Origin: an uncultured Lachnospiraceae bacterium
Lineage (GTDB): Bacteria > Bacillota > Clostridia > Lachnospirales > Lachnospiraceae
DNA length: 64,000 bases
Reading direction: 5' to 3'
Assembly: GCA_937965795.1 (NCBI GenBank)
Contig: CALCMD010000101.1
Span: forward strand, 10,942 to 74,941
Shown here: piece by piece, positions 28,409-37,990 of the stretch
How the letters are laid out: every line of letters begins with the position of its first letter
Position numbering within the stretch: the first letter of the stretch is position 1
The notes under the pieces: model-generated
What the model was told of the DNA's origin: nothing
Database searches by the model: none
What the model saw: only the letters and a program-made list of their open reading frames with translations
Translations under genes and position numbers: made by a program

Positions 28409-28891
28409 ATGGAAGAAAAGAAGAATTTATTAACCTATGCAGGGCTGAAAGCTTTGGAGGAGGAGCTTCATGATCTGAAGGTTGTAAAACGAAAAGAAGT
28501 GGCAGGTAAAATTAAAGAAGCCAGAGAACAGGGAGATCTTTCAGAGAATGCAGAATACGATGCGGCGAAAGATGAACAGAGAGACATTGAGGCAAGAATT
28601 GAACAGATCGAGAAAATTCTGAAAAATGCGGAAGTCGTCGTAGAGGATGAAGTCGATTTAGATAAAATCAGCGTGGGCTGTCTGGTAAAAGTATACGATG
28701 AAGAATTCGAGGAAGAAATGGAATTTAAAATTGTAGGTTCTTCCGAGGCAAACAGCCTCCAGGGCAAGATTTCCAACGAATCTCCTGTGGGAAAAGCGCT
28801 GATTGGAGCAAAGGTTGGCGAAGAGATTACCGTCGAGGCAGAGGCCGGGCTTATGAAGTATAAGGTACTGGGTATTCACAGATCAAATTAG
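28409..28891 (+). CDS. greA: Transcription elongation factor GreA
   Basis: [30 protein letters not shown]. Confidence 0.98.
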   Translation: MEEKKNLLTYAGLKALEEELHDLKVVKRKEVAGKIKEAREQGDLSENAEYDAAKDEQRDIEARIEQIEKILKNAEVVVEDEVDLDKISVGCLVKVYDEEFEEEMEFKIVGSSEANSLQGKISNESPVGKALIGAKVGEEITVEAEAGLMKYKVLGIHRSN

Positions 28892-28904
28892 GGAGAGAAA
28901 AACA

Positions 28905-30395
28905 GTGGCAGAACAGAAAAAAGTACAAGAACAGGACATTCACCAGCTTTTAAAGGTACGCCGTGAAAAGCTGGCAGATTTACAGGAAAATGGCAGGGAC
29001 CCTTTTCAGATTACAAAATATGACGTGACCCATCACAGTCAGGAAATAAAAGACGATTTTGAAAAACTGGAAGGACAGCAGGTAACAGTAGCCGGACGTA
29101 TGATGTCAAAGCGGGTTATGGGAAAAGCGTCTTTTTGCAATATTCAGGATCTGGCAGGAAATATTCAGTCTTATGTTGCCAGAGACAGCATTGGGGAAGA
29201 CGCATATAAGGCATTCAAGAAAATGGACATCGGCGATATTGTCGGCTTAAAGGGAGAAGTATTCCGCACCAAGACCGGAGAGACTTCCATTCATGCTTCC
29301 GAAGTGACGCTTTTAAGCAAAAGTCTCCAGATTCTTCCGGAGAAATTTCACGGGCTGACCAATACGGATATTCGTTATCGTCAGCGTTATGTGGACCTGA
29401 TCATGAATCCGGAGGTAAAGGATACCTTTATCAAGCGTTCCAAAATCATCAGCAGCATCCGCAAATATCTGGATGCGCAGGGATTTATGGAAGTGGAAAC
29501 GCCTATGCTGGTAGCAAATGCGGGCGGTGCGGCGGCAAGACCTTTCGAAACACATTTTAATGCGCTGGATGAGGATTTCAAGCTCCGTATTTCCCTGGAG
29601 CTTTACCTGAAAAGACTGATCGTAGGAGGGCTGGAGCGTGTTTATGAAATCGGACGCGTATTCCGCAACGAAGGTCTGGACACCAGACATAATCCGGAAT
29701 TCACATTGATGGAGCTTTATCAGGCTTACACCGATTACAACGGAATGATGGATCTTACCGAAAATCTGTATCGCCACGTGGCGCAGGAGGTTCTTGGAAC
29801 GACGACCATTACTTATCAGGGAATTGAGATGGACCTCGAAAAGCCGTTCGAGAGAATCACGATGGTCGACGCCGTTAAGAAATATTCCGGAGTAGATTTC
29901 CATGAAATTCACTCGCTGGAAGAAGCCAGAGCCGCAGCCAGAGAGCATCATATTGAATATGAAGAAAGACATAAGAAAGGCGACATTCTGAACCTGTTCT
30001 TCGAAGAATTCGTAGAGGAACACCTGATACAGCCGACCTTTGTTATGGATCATCCGGTTGAAATCTCACCGCTGACGAAAAAGAAACCGGAAAATCCGGA
30101 ATACGTCGAGCGTTTCGAATTCTTCATGAACGGCTGGGAAATGGCCAATGCCTATTCCGAGTTAAACGACCCGATCGACCAGCAGGAGCGTTTCGCCGCT
30201 CAGGAAGAGCAGTTTGCGCAGGGCGACGAGGAAGCGAACCATACGGATGAGGACTTCCTGAACGCACTGATGATCGGTATGCCGCCGACAGGCGGGATCG
30301 GTTTCGGAATCGACAGAATGTGTATGCTTTTGACAGATTCCGCAGCCATCCGGGATGTGCTGCTGTTCCCGACGATGAAGTCCATCGAGAAATAG
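28905..30395 (+). CDS. lysS: Lysine--tRNA ligase (class II)
   Basis: [48 protein letters not shown]. Confidence 0.99.
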   Translation: MAEQKKVQEQDIHQLLKVRREKLADLQENGRDPFQITKYDVTHHSQEIKDDFEKLEGQQVTVAGRMMSKRVMGKASFCNIQDLAGNIQSYVARDSIGEDAYKAFKKMDIGDIVGLKGEVFRTKTGETSIHASEVTLLSKSLQILPEKFHGLTNTDIRYRQRYVDLIMNPEVKDTFIKRSKIISSIRKYLDAQGFMEVETPMLVANAGGAAARPFETHFNALDEDFKLRISLELYLKRLIVGGLERVYEIGRVFRNEGLDTRHNPEFTLMELYQAYTDYNGMMDLTENLYRHVAQEVLGTTTITYQGIEMDLEKPFERITMVDAVKKYSGVDFHEIHSLEEARAAAREHHIEYEERHKKGDILNLFFEEFVEEHLIQPTFVMDHPVEISPLTKKKPENPEYVERFEFFMNGWEMANAYSELNDPIDQQERFAAQEEQFAQGDEEANHTDEDFLNALMIGMPPTGGIGFGIDRMCMLLTDSAAIRDVLLFPTMKSIEK

Positions 30396-30519
30396 ATACC
30401 ATATATATGCGTTTTGGTTTTACGAAACACTTCTATTGTAGAATTATTCAGCTGGTAATTTGTGCAAAGAAAGTTTTAAGCCAAGTGGGAAAGGCGATAC
30501 TCTAAGATTGCAAATAGCA

Positions 30520-30565
30520 CAGGACAGACGTTTCACAGTATTTGTGGAGTGCCTGTCCTGCTTTT
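30520..30565 (+). terminator. Hairpin with T-tract downstream of lysS
   Basis: CAGGACAGACGTTTCACA / TGTGGAGTGCCTGTCCTG followed by CTTTT. Confidence 0.55.
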
Positions 30566-30695
30566 GTATTTTATGGGTTTTTCGTTCCCATGGACTACTG
30601 TACCAATATAATATGGACTATTGTATCAATACAATTGTTGATAAATTCACAGTTATGTGATACCATTATTTTGGATATTTGTATGGCGGTATGCT

Positions 30696-30917
30696 ATGGC
30701 TGTTAGTTATAAGAAATTGTTGCACCTTATGACAGAGAAGAACATTACAAATGCTAAACTAATGAAAGAGGCTAATATTTCTGCAAATATAATCAAAAAA
30801 ATTAAGACTGGAAAGTATATTGCGCTTGATAAAGTGGAAAGTATCTGCGAAGCACTTGATGTTACGCCAAACGATATTCTGGAATTTATTCAACCGGAGG
30901 ATAAAAAAAATGCCTGA
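30696..30917 (+). CDS. Cro/C1-type (XRE) HTH protein
   Basis: MAVSYKKLLHLM...IALDKVESICEALDVTPNDILEF. Confidence 0.88.
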   Translation: MAVSYKKLLHLMTEKNITNAKLMKEANISANIIKKIKTGKYIALDKVESICEALDVTPNDILEFIQPEDKKNA

Positions 30918-31415
30918 TAAAATAATGTCTATATTGGCAGAGGCAACAGGAGGTAAAAGTTATCAAACCCAAGAGAAGGGAAATTAAATCAAGACAATTA
31001 TCTTGTAAAAGATGGATCTTTAAAATATCGTCCTACGAAAGAAGATAAGGCAGATAAAAGAAAGTACCAAATTTTTAAAAACAATTATAATTGGGCTCTT
31101 GGTGTTTCGAAAAATTTTAATCCAGAAGTTTGTGTAGATATTAATGGAAAACCAAATCCAGGTTTTATTGCAGATTTACCTTTGTATCATAGAACTCCGG
31201 TGGCCTGTTTTAAAAATCCGGATTGGGTTGGAGATACAGAAAATGAGTGGTGGACAAAATTCTGTTCGCTTCCTGCTGAAAAACTAGAGATTGCTAAGTC
31301 TATTATTTCTTTAAATAAGTTTAAAGAAGGAGATTATGAATGTACAGATAAAGAAATTCTTGATGTATTGTCATATTATAGCATTACACGAGGTATTGCA
31401 GAAAGGAATGCCTAA
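30910..31415 (+). pseudogene. Frameshifted hypothetical gene (~168 aa if repaired)
   Basis: ATG at 30910 overlaps the HTH gene end and stops early; the -1 frame is open from 30957 to 31415 and contains the 77-aa track ORF. Confidence 0.6.
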
Positions 31416-31423
31416 GGAGGTGT

Positions 31424-32785
31424 ATGTTGGTGGCGGAAAGCCAAAATATTGAATGGAAAGAATCCTGGCGAGATGAATATCTTAAATGGATATGTGGTTT
31501 TGCGAATGCGCAAGGCGGGAAAATCTATATTGGCACTAACGATAATGGAACAGTAATCGGCGTACAGGATAGTAAAAAGCTATTAGAAGACATCCCCAAT
31601 AAAGTGCGAGACGTTCTTGGTATTATCGTAGATGTAAATTTGCTGACAGAGAATGGGAAAGACTACATTGAAATCTGTGTGAATCCGAACAGCTACCCTG
31701 TCAATTATAAGGGCGAATATCATTACCGGAGCGGCAGCACCAAGCAGCAGTTAAAAGGGCAGGCTCTTAATCAATTTCTGTTACAAAAGACTGGAATTAC
31801 ATGGGACAGTGTACCGGTTCAAGGCGTATCAGTACAAGATTTGAGAAATGACAGCTTTGACATTTTCCGGGAGCAGGCGGTTCTTAGCAAACGAATGGAC
31901 AGGAAGGATATTGATGCTACCAATGAGCAACTGCTTGACAGCCTGAATTTGCTTGAGAATGGGCAACTGAAAAGAGCGGCAATCTTGCTCTTTCATCACA
32001 ATCCGGAAAAATGGATACCGGGAGCGTATGTTAAAATTGGTTATTTTAAATCGGATTCCGAACTGCGGTATCAAGATGAAATTCATGGTTCCTTAATATC
32101 ACAGGCAGACCGGATAGTTGATCTCATTTTTACAAAATATCTGAAAGCTGATATCTCTTATCAAGGAGTGACGAGAGTAGAAACCTACCCTTTTCCAAAA
32201 GACGCAATTAGAGAAGCCGTTTTCAATGCTATCGCACACAAATTTTACGGAGCATTGATACCAATTCAAATCAGTGTATATGCGGATAAGATTTATATTG
32301 CGAATGATTGTATTTTTCCAGAAGATTGGACGATCGATGATTTGATGGGGAAACATCGGTCAAGACCTTATAACCCTTTGATTGCCAATACATTTTTTAG
32401 AGCTGGTTTTATCGAGGCATGGGGACGTGGAATTGAAAAAATCAAAGATAGCTGTAAAGAAGCTGGAAATCCTATGCCAAAATATACGATTAAACGTGAG
32501 GACATTATGGTTATGTTTAAGACCTTGGTTAGTGCCACTGACCAAGATACTAACCAAGCGACTACCCAAGCTAACCAAGATAATTCTGTAGTCACACGTA
32601 TCTTAAAAGTTATTCGAGAAGAACCAACGCTGTCTCAGAAAAAGATCGCAGATATTATCGGAGAAAAGCATAGTACAGTAAAGTATTATATGGAATCTAT
32701 GAAAAAATCTGGCGTTATAAAAAGAGAAGGCTCCAGTCAAAAGGGAAAGTGGCTCATTCTAGAGACTACGAAGAAACGTCTGTAA
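31424..32785 (+). CDS. AlbA_2/Schlafen-like domain + 'RecG C-terminal' HATPase-like domain + HTH protein
   Basis: ESQNIEWKESW...ICGFANAQGGKIYIGTND; YPFPKDAIREAVFNAIAHK; SRPYNPLIA; IEAWGRG; C-terminal wHTH (IKREGSSQKGKW). Confidence 0.88.
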   Translation: MLVAESQNIEWKESWRDEYLKWICGFANAQGGKIYIGTNDNGTVIGVQDSKKLLEDIPNKVRDVLGIIVDVNLLTENGKDYIEICVNPNSYPVNYKGEYHYRSGSTKQQLKGQALNQFLLQKTGITWDSVPVQGVSVQDLRNDSFDIFREQAVLSKRMDRKDIDATNEQLLDSLNLLENGQLKRAAILLFHHNPEKWIPGAYVKIGYFKSDSELRYQDEIHGSLISQADRIVDLIFTKYLKADISYQGVTRVETYPFPKDAIREAVFNAIAHKFYGALIPIQISVYADKIYIANDCIFPEDWTIDDLMGKHRSRPYNPLIANTFFRAGFIEAWGRGIEKIKDSCKEAGNPMPKYTIKREDIMVMFKTLVSATDQDTNQATTQANQDNSVVTRILKVIREEPTLSQKKIADIIGEKHSTVKYYMESMKKSGVIKREGSSQKGKWLILETTKKRL

Positions 32786-32904
32786 ATAAAATTCTTCTAT
32801 GATAATGAGGGGAGAAAAATCCGTGGGATGTGTATACACATCTCATGGATTTTCTATTTACATTTCTAATTTCTGCTTTTCACTCAGGCCATAGGTGCTT
32901 TGAT

Positions 32905-34302
32905 TCAACTCAAAAACAGCCGTATAAAACTCAAATCAACTTCAAAGCCGCCGTATTCACTATGTCTTATCAACATTTTCCCGTTGTGTGCAAATACGAT
33001 TTGCTTAACAATCAGTAAGCCTAAGCCGTGGCGTTGTTCCGTTGTTTTTTCGTCGCATACCATATAATGCGGAGTGTTATTCAGTTTTTCAATTTGTTCA
33101 TTCGTTGCGCCTATACCGTCATCGGCAACTACAACAGTACAAACATGATCTTCAGCTATGACACGAACGAAGATATGACATCCTTCCCTGTTATGATTCA
33201 TACTGTTTTGAATCAGATTACTTACTGCCCTTTTGATTAAGTCTTTGTCCACATTTGCGGTACAGGAAGTTAAGGCTTCGTCCGTTTTCCATTCAATCGT
33301 GTACTTTTCATCAATATTCATATTGATGAAATCGACCACAACCTGACGGATAACAGCAATCAGATTTTGCTTTTTAGGGTTAATTGGCTGCATATTATAT
33401 TCCAGCTTAGAGGCAAGGTTCAAATCGTTAATTAAGTTTCTCATTCGCTCACTTTGCCGTACAATCACCGTAGCTTTTTTACGGTTATCTTCTGATAACT
33501 GCATATCACTTTCTAACTGTCCGGCATACCCCATTACCATTGACAGCGGTGTGCGTATGTCGTGGGATACCCCTGCAATCCAATTTGCTCTTGCAGTTTC
33601 TTTTTTTCTAAGCTGTCTGCTTTGCGTTTGCAAAATATCTGAGGTCTTGTTAATGTTTACCGCAAGCTCGGATAAAAGCCCTTTTTCTCGAAGATGGACT
33701 TCTTCATTCGTAGACAAAGCCTGTATTCCGCCGACTATCGGTTTCACGGATTGTAACAGCTTAGAATTGGCAACCACATAGATTATAAAAATCAAGGCTA
33801 TATTGACTGCTAAAACAGAAAGAACCGTTTGGGGCAAGCTGGCAATTAAACTATAATCCCAGCTCGGCCACATATGTTTCCAAAAACTGTCTTTCGGATA
33901 GCCGAGAACCACAAGCCCCTCTTCTGCCTCACCTGTAAATGTGGGGTATCCGTCCAGATAGCCACGGGTAAGGTTCGCTATGTCTGAAACGGTATATGAC
34001 ATCGGTACAGTTTCGGGAAGATTATCCGTCTGCCATACAACATTCATGGTTGCGTTATCAATAAAAATTGCCCATACATTTGTATTTTGAAGTTCAATTT
34101 CTGTATCTTCGGTCAAAACATATCCATTACCATCCTGCAACAAATTATCGGCAACCTTTTGTGCCGTCATCCAGGGGGAACTGTTTGGCGCTTGGTTGAG
34201 CGTATATCTCACCAATAAAGCAAGGTTTAGAATAATAAGTAACACCGAGGACAAAAGCATAATACCGACAAAGCGCCGGATTAGTTTTGGCACGCTTTTC
34301 AT
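32905..34302 (-). CDS. Sensor histidine kinase
   Basis: Two TM segments; WIAGVSHDIRTPL H-box; NLIQNS, DDGIG, HGLGL. Confidence 0.95.
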   Translation of the reverse strand: MKSVPKLIRRFVGIMLLSSVLLIILNLALLVRYTLNQAPNSSPWMTAQKVADNLLQDGNGYVLTEDTEIELQNTNVWAIFIDNATMNVVWQTDNLPETVPMSYTVSDIANLTRGYLDGYPTFTGEAEEGLVVLGYPKDSFWKHMWPSWDYSLIASLPQTVLSVLAVNIALIFIIYVVANSKLLQSVKPIVGGIQALSTNEEVHLREKGLLSELAVNINKTSDILQTQSRQLRKKETARANWIAGVSHDIRTPLSMVMGYAGQLESDMQLSEDNRKKATVIVRQSERMRNLINDLNLASKLEYNMQPINPKKQNLIAVIRQVVVDFINMNIDEKYTIEWKTDEALTSCTANVDKDLIKRAVSNLIQNSMNHNREGCHIFVRVIAEDHVCTVVVADDGIGATNEQIEKLNNTPHYMVCDEKTTEQRHGLGLLIVKQIVFAHNGKMLIRHSEYGGFEVDLSFIRLFLS

Positions 34303-34303
34303 A

Positions 34304-35008
34304 CTATCTGCCCTCCACAATAAGTTTGTACCCAAGTCCTTTCACCGTTATTAAAGAAACAGGCTGGGAGGGCTTTGCTTCAATTTTTTCTCTGATACGG
34401 CGAATATGCGCCATCAGCGAATTTTCATACCCGAAAGGATTATCGCCCCAGGCTGCTTCACACAGTGCATCGATCGTAACGATTCGTCCTGCGTTTCGAT
34501 ATAAAGCAGAGAGGACGTCGTGTTCTTTTGCCGTAAGAGGAATATGCTCCCCGTTTTTTATGATCTCTGCACACTCAAAATCAATTTCGCTGTCATGCAG
34601 TTTCACAAGGGGATTATCGGCTTTATAACTCCTGCGAAGAATGGCACTCACACGGAACAAAAGCTCTTTTGGCAAAAACGGCTTTACCATATAATCGTCT
34701 GCGCCCAGACCAAAGCCACGGAATTTATCGTCATCTTCGCCACGGGCGGTTAAAAACAACACGGGATAATCATCTGCTTTTTTAAGTTGTTCCATCAGAT
34801 GAAACCCATTTCCATCAGGGAGCATTACATCAAGAATTGCAAGCTCAGGTTGGTAGGTTTCAGAAATAGCAACCGCTTCAGCCACCGTTTCTGCCGTTTT
34901 GATATTTTGAAATCCACCCTCATTTAAAATAGAAACAACCATATCTAAAAGCTCCTGCTCGTCATCGACAAGCAAAATGCGTTTTTGCTTCAGGTAATCA
35001 AAGTCCAT
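34304..35008 (-). CDS. OmpR-family response regulator
   Basis: ILLVDDE, LDVMLPDG, FLTAR, KPF; wHTH ending ITVKGLGY. Confidence 0.96.
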   Translation of the reverse strand: MDFDYLKQKRILLVDDEQELLDMVVSILNEGGFQNIKTAETVAEAVAISETYQPELAILDVMLPDGNGFHLMEQLKKADDYPVLFLTARGEDDDKFRGFGLGADDYMVKPFLPKELLFRVSAILRRSYKADNPLVKLHDSEIDFECAEIIKNGEHIPLTAKEHDVLSALYRNAGRIVTIDALCEAAWGDNPFGYENSLMAHIRRIREKIEAKPSQPVSLITVKGLGYKLIVEGR

Positions 35009-35071
35009 AGGGCTCCCTCCTTTATGGTTCCTATTATACCATAAAAATGTGTCATTTTCTAATGTGCGATG

Positions 35072-35129
35072 AAATGTAAGGTAAATGTAAGGACACGAGA
35101 AGGTTAGCGCAAGGTCCGGAAGTTACAAT
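35072..35129 (+). promoter_or_regulatory. Response-regulator direct-repeat boxes plus -10 of the ABC operon
   Basis: AAATGTAAGG twice; AAGG cores at 35078, 35089, 35100 and 35111 (11-bp period); TACAAT at 35124-35129. Confidence 0.7.
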
Positions 35130-35161
35130 GTACTTGCGATGATAAGAAAGGAGCAAACACA

Positions 35162-35917
35162 ATGAATATCATTGAAACAAAAAATTTAACGAAATCGTAT
35201 GCTGATTTTACAGCTGTTTCGGAAATCAATCTGAATATCCCAAAAGGTGCCGTCTATGGCTTTCTCGGTCCGAACGGCGCCGGAAAGTCCACTACAATGA
35301 AAATGTTTTTGGGGCTTACCAAACCCACCGACGGTTCATTTACGATTGATGGAAAGACGTACTCCGAAAACAGAGTGCAAATCTTAAAAGAAATCGGCTC
35401 GTTTATTGAAGCTCCCGCCTTTTACGGAAACCTAAGCGGTGAGGAAAATCTCGAAATTATCCGTAAAATATTGGGACTTCCCAAATCCTCCGTAGCGGAA
35501 GCTCTTGAAATTGTGGGGCTGACGCAGTATAAGAAACGACTTGCCAAAAAATATTCTCTTGGAATGAAACAAAGGTTAGGTCTTGCAAGCGCTTTAATTG
35601 GAAAGCCGCCCATCTTGATTTTGGACGAACCGACAAACGGACTTGATCCTGTCGGTATCCACGAAATCAGAACGCTGATCCGTTCTCTGCCTGAAAAATT
35701 TAACTGTACTGTTTTAGTATCATCGCATTTGCTTTCCGAAATAGAACTAATGGCTGATACCATCGGTATCCTGAATCACGGTCATTTGTTGTTTGAGGGA
35801 ACACTCGACCAGCTTAAATTCAGCGCAGCGTCACAGGGCTATCCTACGGATAATCTGGAGGATACATTCCTTGCCTTGATTGACGCTGACAACGGACAAA
35901 GAGGTGGGGTGCGATGA
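35162..35917 (+). CDS. Lantibiotic-protection-type ABC ATPase (LanF-like)
   Basis: GPNGAGKST; E-loop FIEAP; YSLGMKQRL; LDEPTNGLDP; VSSH. Confidence 0.9.
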   Translation: MNIIETKNLTKSYADFTAVSEINLNIPKGAVYGFLGPNGAGKSTTMKMFLGLTKPTDGSFTIDGKTYSENRVQILKEIGSFIEAPAFYGNLSGEENLEIIRKILGLPKSSVAEALEIVGLTQYKKRLAKKYSLGMKQRLGLASALIGKPPILILDEPTNGLDPVGIHEIRTLIRSLPEKFNCTVLVSSHLLSEIELMADTIGILNHGHLLFEGTLDQLKFSAASQGYPTDNLEDTFLALIDADNGQRGGVR

Positions 35918-36636
35918 ACGTTTCTTTGGAATGTAAAAAGATAAAACGAACCGGATTTTTGCCTGCATTTTCAGGCGGCGGTATTTTGGCTGCGGCTGTT
36001 CCTGTTATCAACATGGCAGTCCGTTCGGAAATGTATCTTAATCTGCCGGAGAATCCGATACAAATTCTGCTTGACGCAAATTGGCAGATGATGACGATGC
36101 TAAATGTGCTGCTCGTTGTAGCCGGAGCCTGCCTTTTATATCATACCGAATATGCAGACAATGCTATGCAGAAAATGAAGTCTTTACCTGTTCGGGAAAG
36201 TTCCATTTTCTTAGGCAAAGCAGTTTTGACAATCTTTATGAGCCTTTTTGTGCTTGTAATAGAAGCAGGAGCAGTCACATTTTGTACCTATCATTGGTTT
36301 GTAATCGAAAATGGCTTTTTTAGTGAACTGTGCAAATATTTCGGGTATTCATTTTTGTTGATGTTACCCTGTGTGATCTTGTCGCTTCTTATTTCGGAAG
36401 CCTGCAAGAATATGTGGGTATCACTTGGTATCGGCGTGGTCTGCGTATTTACCGCAACTATGCTGCCGACAACGAACTTTACCCTTTCACTCTTTCCCTT
36501 TGCAATGCCTTTTCAGGTGTTTGTAAGCACAGATTTCACGCAGTCAACGCACTATATCTATGCGGCAATTGCAGAAATTGTTGTTCTTTGTTTGGCGCAG
36601 CTTATGTTTGTAAAAGTAAGGAGGTCGTTTGAATGA
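35914..36636 (+). CDS. ABC permease, LanE/G-like
   Basis: LECKKIKRT N-terminus; multi-TM; EY...MKSLPV motif; ATGA overlap with the ATPase gene. Confidence 0.85.
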   Translation: MNVSLECKKIKRTGFLPAFSGGGILAAAVPVINMAVRSEMYLNLPENPIQILLDANWQMMTMLNVLLVVAGACLLYHTEYADNAMQKMKSLPVRESSIFLGKAVLTIFMSLFVLVIEAGAVTFCTYHWFVIENGFFSELCKYFGYSFLLMLPCVILSLLISEACKNMWVSLGIGVVCVFTATMLPTTNFTLSLFPFAMPFQVFVSTDFTQSTHYIYAAIAEIVVLCLAQLMFVKVRRSFE

Positions 36637-37403
36637 ACTTTTTGTCGCTTGTCGGCGTGGAATTTAAGAAAATTAAACGCTCAAAGATACTACTGATTCT
36701 CCTTGTTGCAGCCGTTATCTTATGGATGCCATCTATTTTGAATGCCCATATGAATTTTGATATGCAGGCAGAGGGAATTTCGCCGGAAAATAATTTCTTT
36801 ATTCAGGGCTTTATGGCAATGTCATGGTTTATGTTCCCTGCAAGTATGGTCGTCGGGACAGTTCTTTTAAGCCAGACAGAACGGGCGAATAAGGGTATTT
36901 TGAAAATGCTTGCCTTGCCGGTCAGCACAACAAAACTCTGTATAGCTAAGTTTATCGTTCTGCTTGCGTTGGCAGTTTTTCAAATCGGTATGGCAGTCGG
37001 TATGTATTATGCAGGCGCAGCAATAGCCTCCAGTACGCAGAACTATAATTTCATTTTGCCGCCGTTGTTTGTTTTTAAGGAGGCAGGCTTGATATTTATT
37101 GCAACAATTCCAATGCTTGCATTTTTCTGGCTTTTGTCGGTATGTATTCAGACGCCGATTTTTTCTATCGGTATCGGCTTAGCTTCGATTGTGCCGTCCG
37201 TATTGATGATCAATACAAAAGCGTGGTTTGCCTATCCGATGTCGTATCCATTCTTTGTGATAACAGCAGAATATGGAAAACTTGCAGCCAATCTTGATAC
37301 AGCGCAGGTTGAACGAATACCGTGGATACCTGTTGCCATTGTTATAACAATCTTAGCTTTAAGCATTTCCTGCCTTCGTTTCGGGCAGGCTGAAAGGAGA
37401 TAA
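36633..37403 (+). CDS. ABC permease, LanE/G-like
   Basis: VEFKKIKRS; ER...MLALPVS; multi-TM; ATGA overlap. Confidence 0.85.
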   Translation: MNFLSLVGVEFKKIKRSKILLILLVAAVILWMPSILNAHMNFDMQAEGISPENNFFIQGFMAMSWFMFPASMVVGTVLLSQTERANKGILKMLALPVSTTKLCIAKFIVLLALAVFQIGMAVGMYYAGAAIASSTQNYNFILPPLFVFKEAGLIFIATIPMLAFFWLLSVCIQTPIFSIGIGLASIVPSVLMINTKAWFAYPMSYPFFVITAEYGKLAANLDTAQVERIPWIPVAIVITILALSISCLRFGQAERR

Positions 37404-37408
37404 TTATT

Positions 37409-37693
37409 ATGAAAAACAAAATTTTAACCGCTGCCAGCGCCATTATGCTTTTTATCCCGTGGACGATTCTCCCGCTTCGAACTTTTGACTGGGCATTGGA
37501 ATCGCCTGTCGCTGAAATTATGATTTCCTGCTATGCTGCGTTTATGATTTTCAGCGGAGTATTCACCATTATTTCGTATGTCAGGGCAAAAGCTCAAAAT
37601 AATTTGATGAAAGTTTGTTTGATTGTAAATGGTCTTTATGCGGTTGGTGGGGCTGCTGCTTTTTGTATGATAGTTTTACCCAAGATCATATAA
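37409..37693 (+). CDS. Small three-TM membrane protein
   Basis: 94-aa hydrophobic ORF with AAGGAG RBS; continues the operon. Confidence 0.7.
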   Translation: MKNKILTAASAIMLFIPWTILPLRTFDWALESPVAEIMISCYAAFMIFSGVFTIISYVRAKAQNNLMKVCLIVNGLYAVGGAAAFCMIVLPKII

Positions 37694-37707
37694 CGAGGTG
37701 GACTGTT

Positions 37708-37970
37708 ATGAAGAAAATCAAAATAATCGTATCTGTTCTTTTATTTTTGAGTATCGTCAGTTGCTTTTCAGGTTGTGGCTCTAACCACGATAAAGGCAAT
37801 TTATTACATTGTCCTTAAAGGTGAAAATTTTAGTGGAAGCCTCGAACTGACGGTCAAAGATGCAGAAAACTAAGAGGTACAGAAAATTTATAGTATATGC
37901 CATAATGGGTATCGGCGGTATCTTTATAGGGATATTACTGATACCCACAATCTGGCGTTATAAGTTATAA
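37708..37970 (+). pseudogene. Truncated lipoprotein gene and downstream gene remnants
   Basis: GAGG RBS, then MKKIKIIVSVLLFLSIVSCFSGC (lipobox) stopping about 13 codons after the Cys; start-less fragments follow. Confidence 0.45.
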
Positions 37971-37990
37971 AAAGAGAAGGTTCTGGCGGC

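Larger units (their letters stand above)
30400..37990. mobile_element. AT-richer genomic island or decayed mobile-element cargo at the lysS 3' end; no integrase seen
   Basis: Visible compositional shift right after the lysS stop; accessory cargo genes; gene remnants at both ends. Boundaries are approximate. Confidence 0.6.

Noticed and set aside
37925..37955. Possible attR copy of the lysS 3' end (TTACTGATACCCACAATC versus CTGCTGTTCCCGACGATG)
   Set aside because: Too degenerate; it reads better as the tail of a membrane-protein remnant (IGGIFIGILLIPTIWRYKL).
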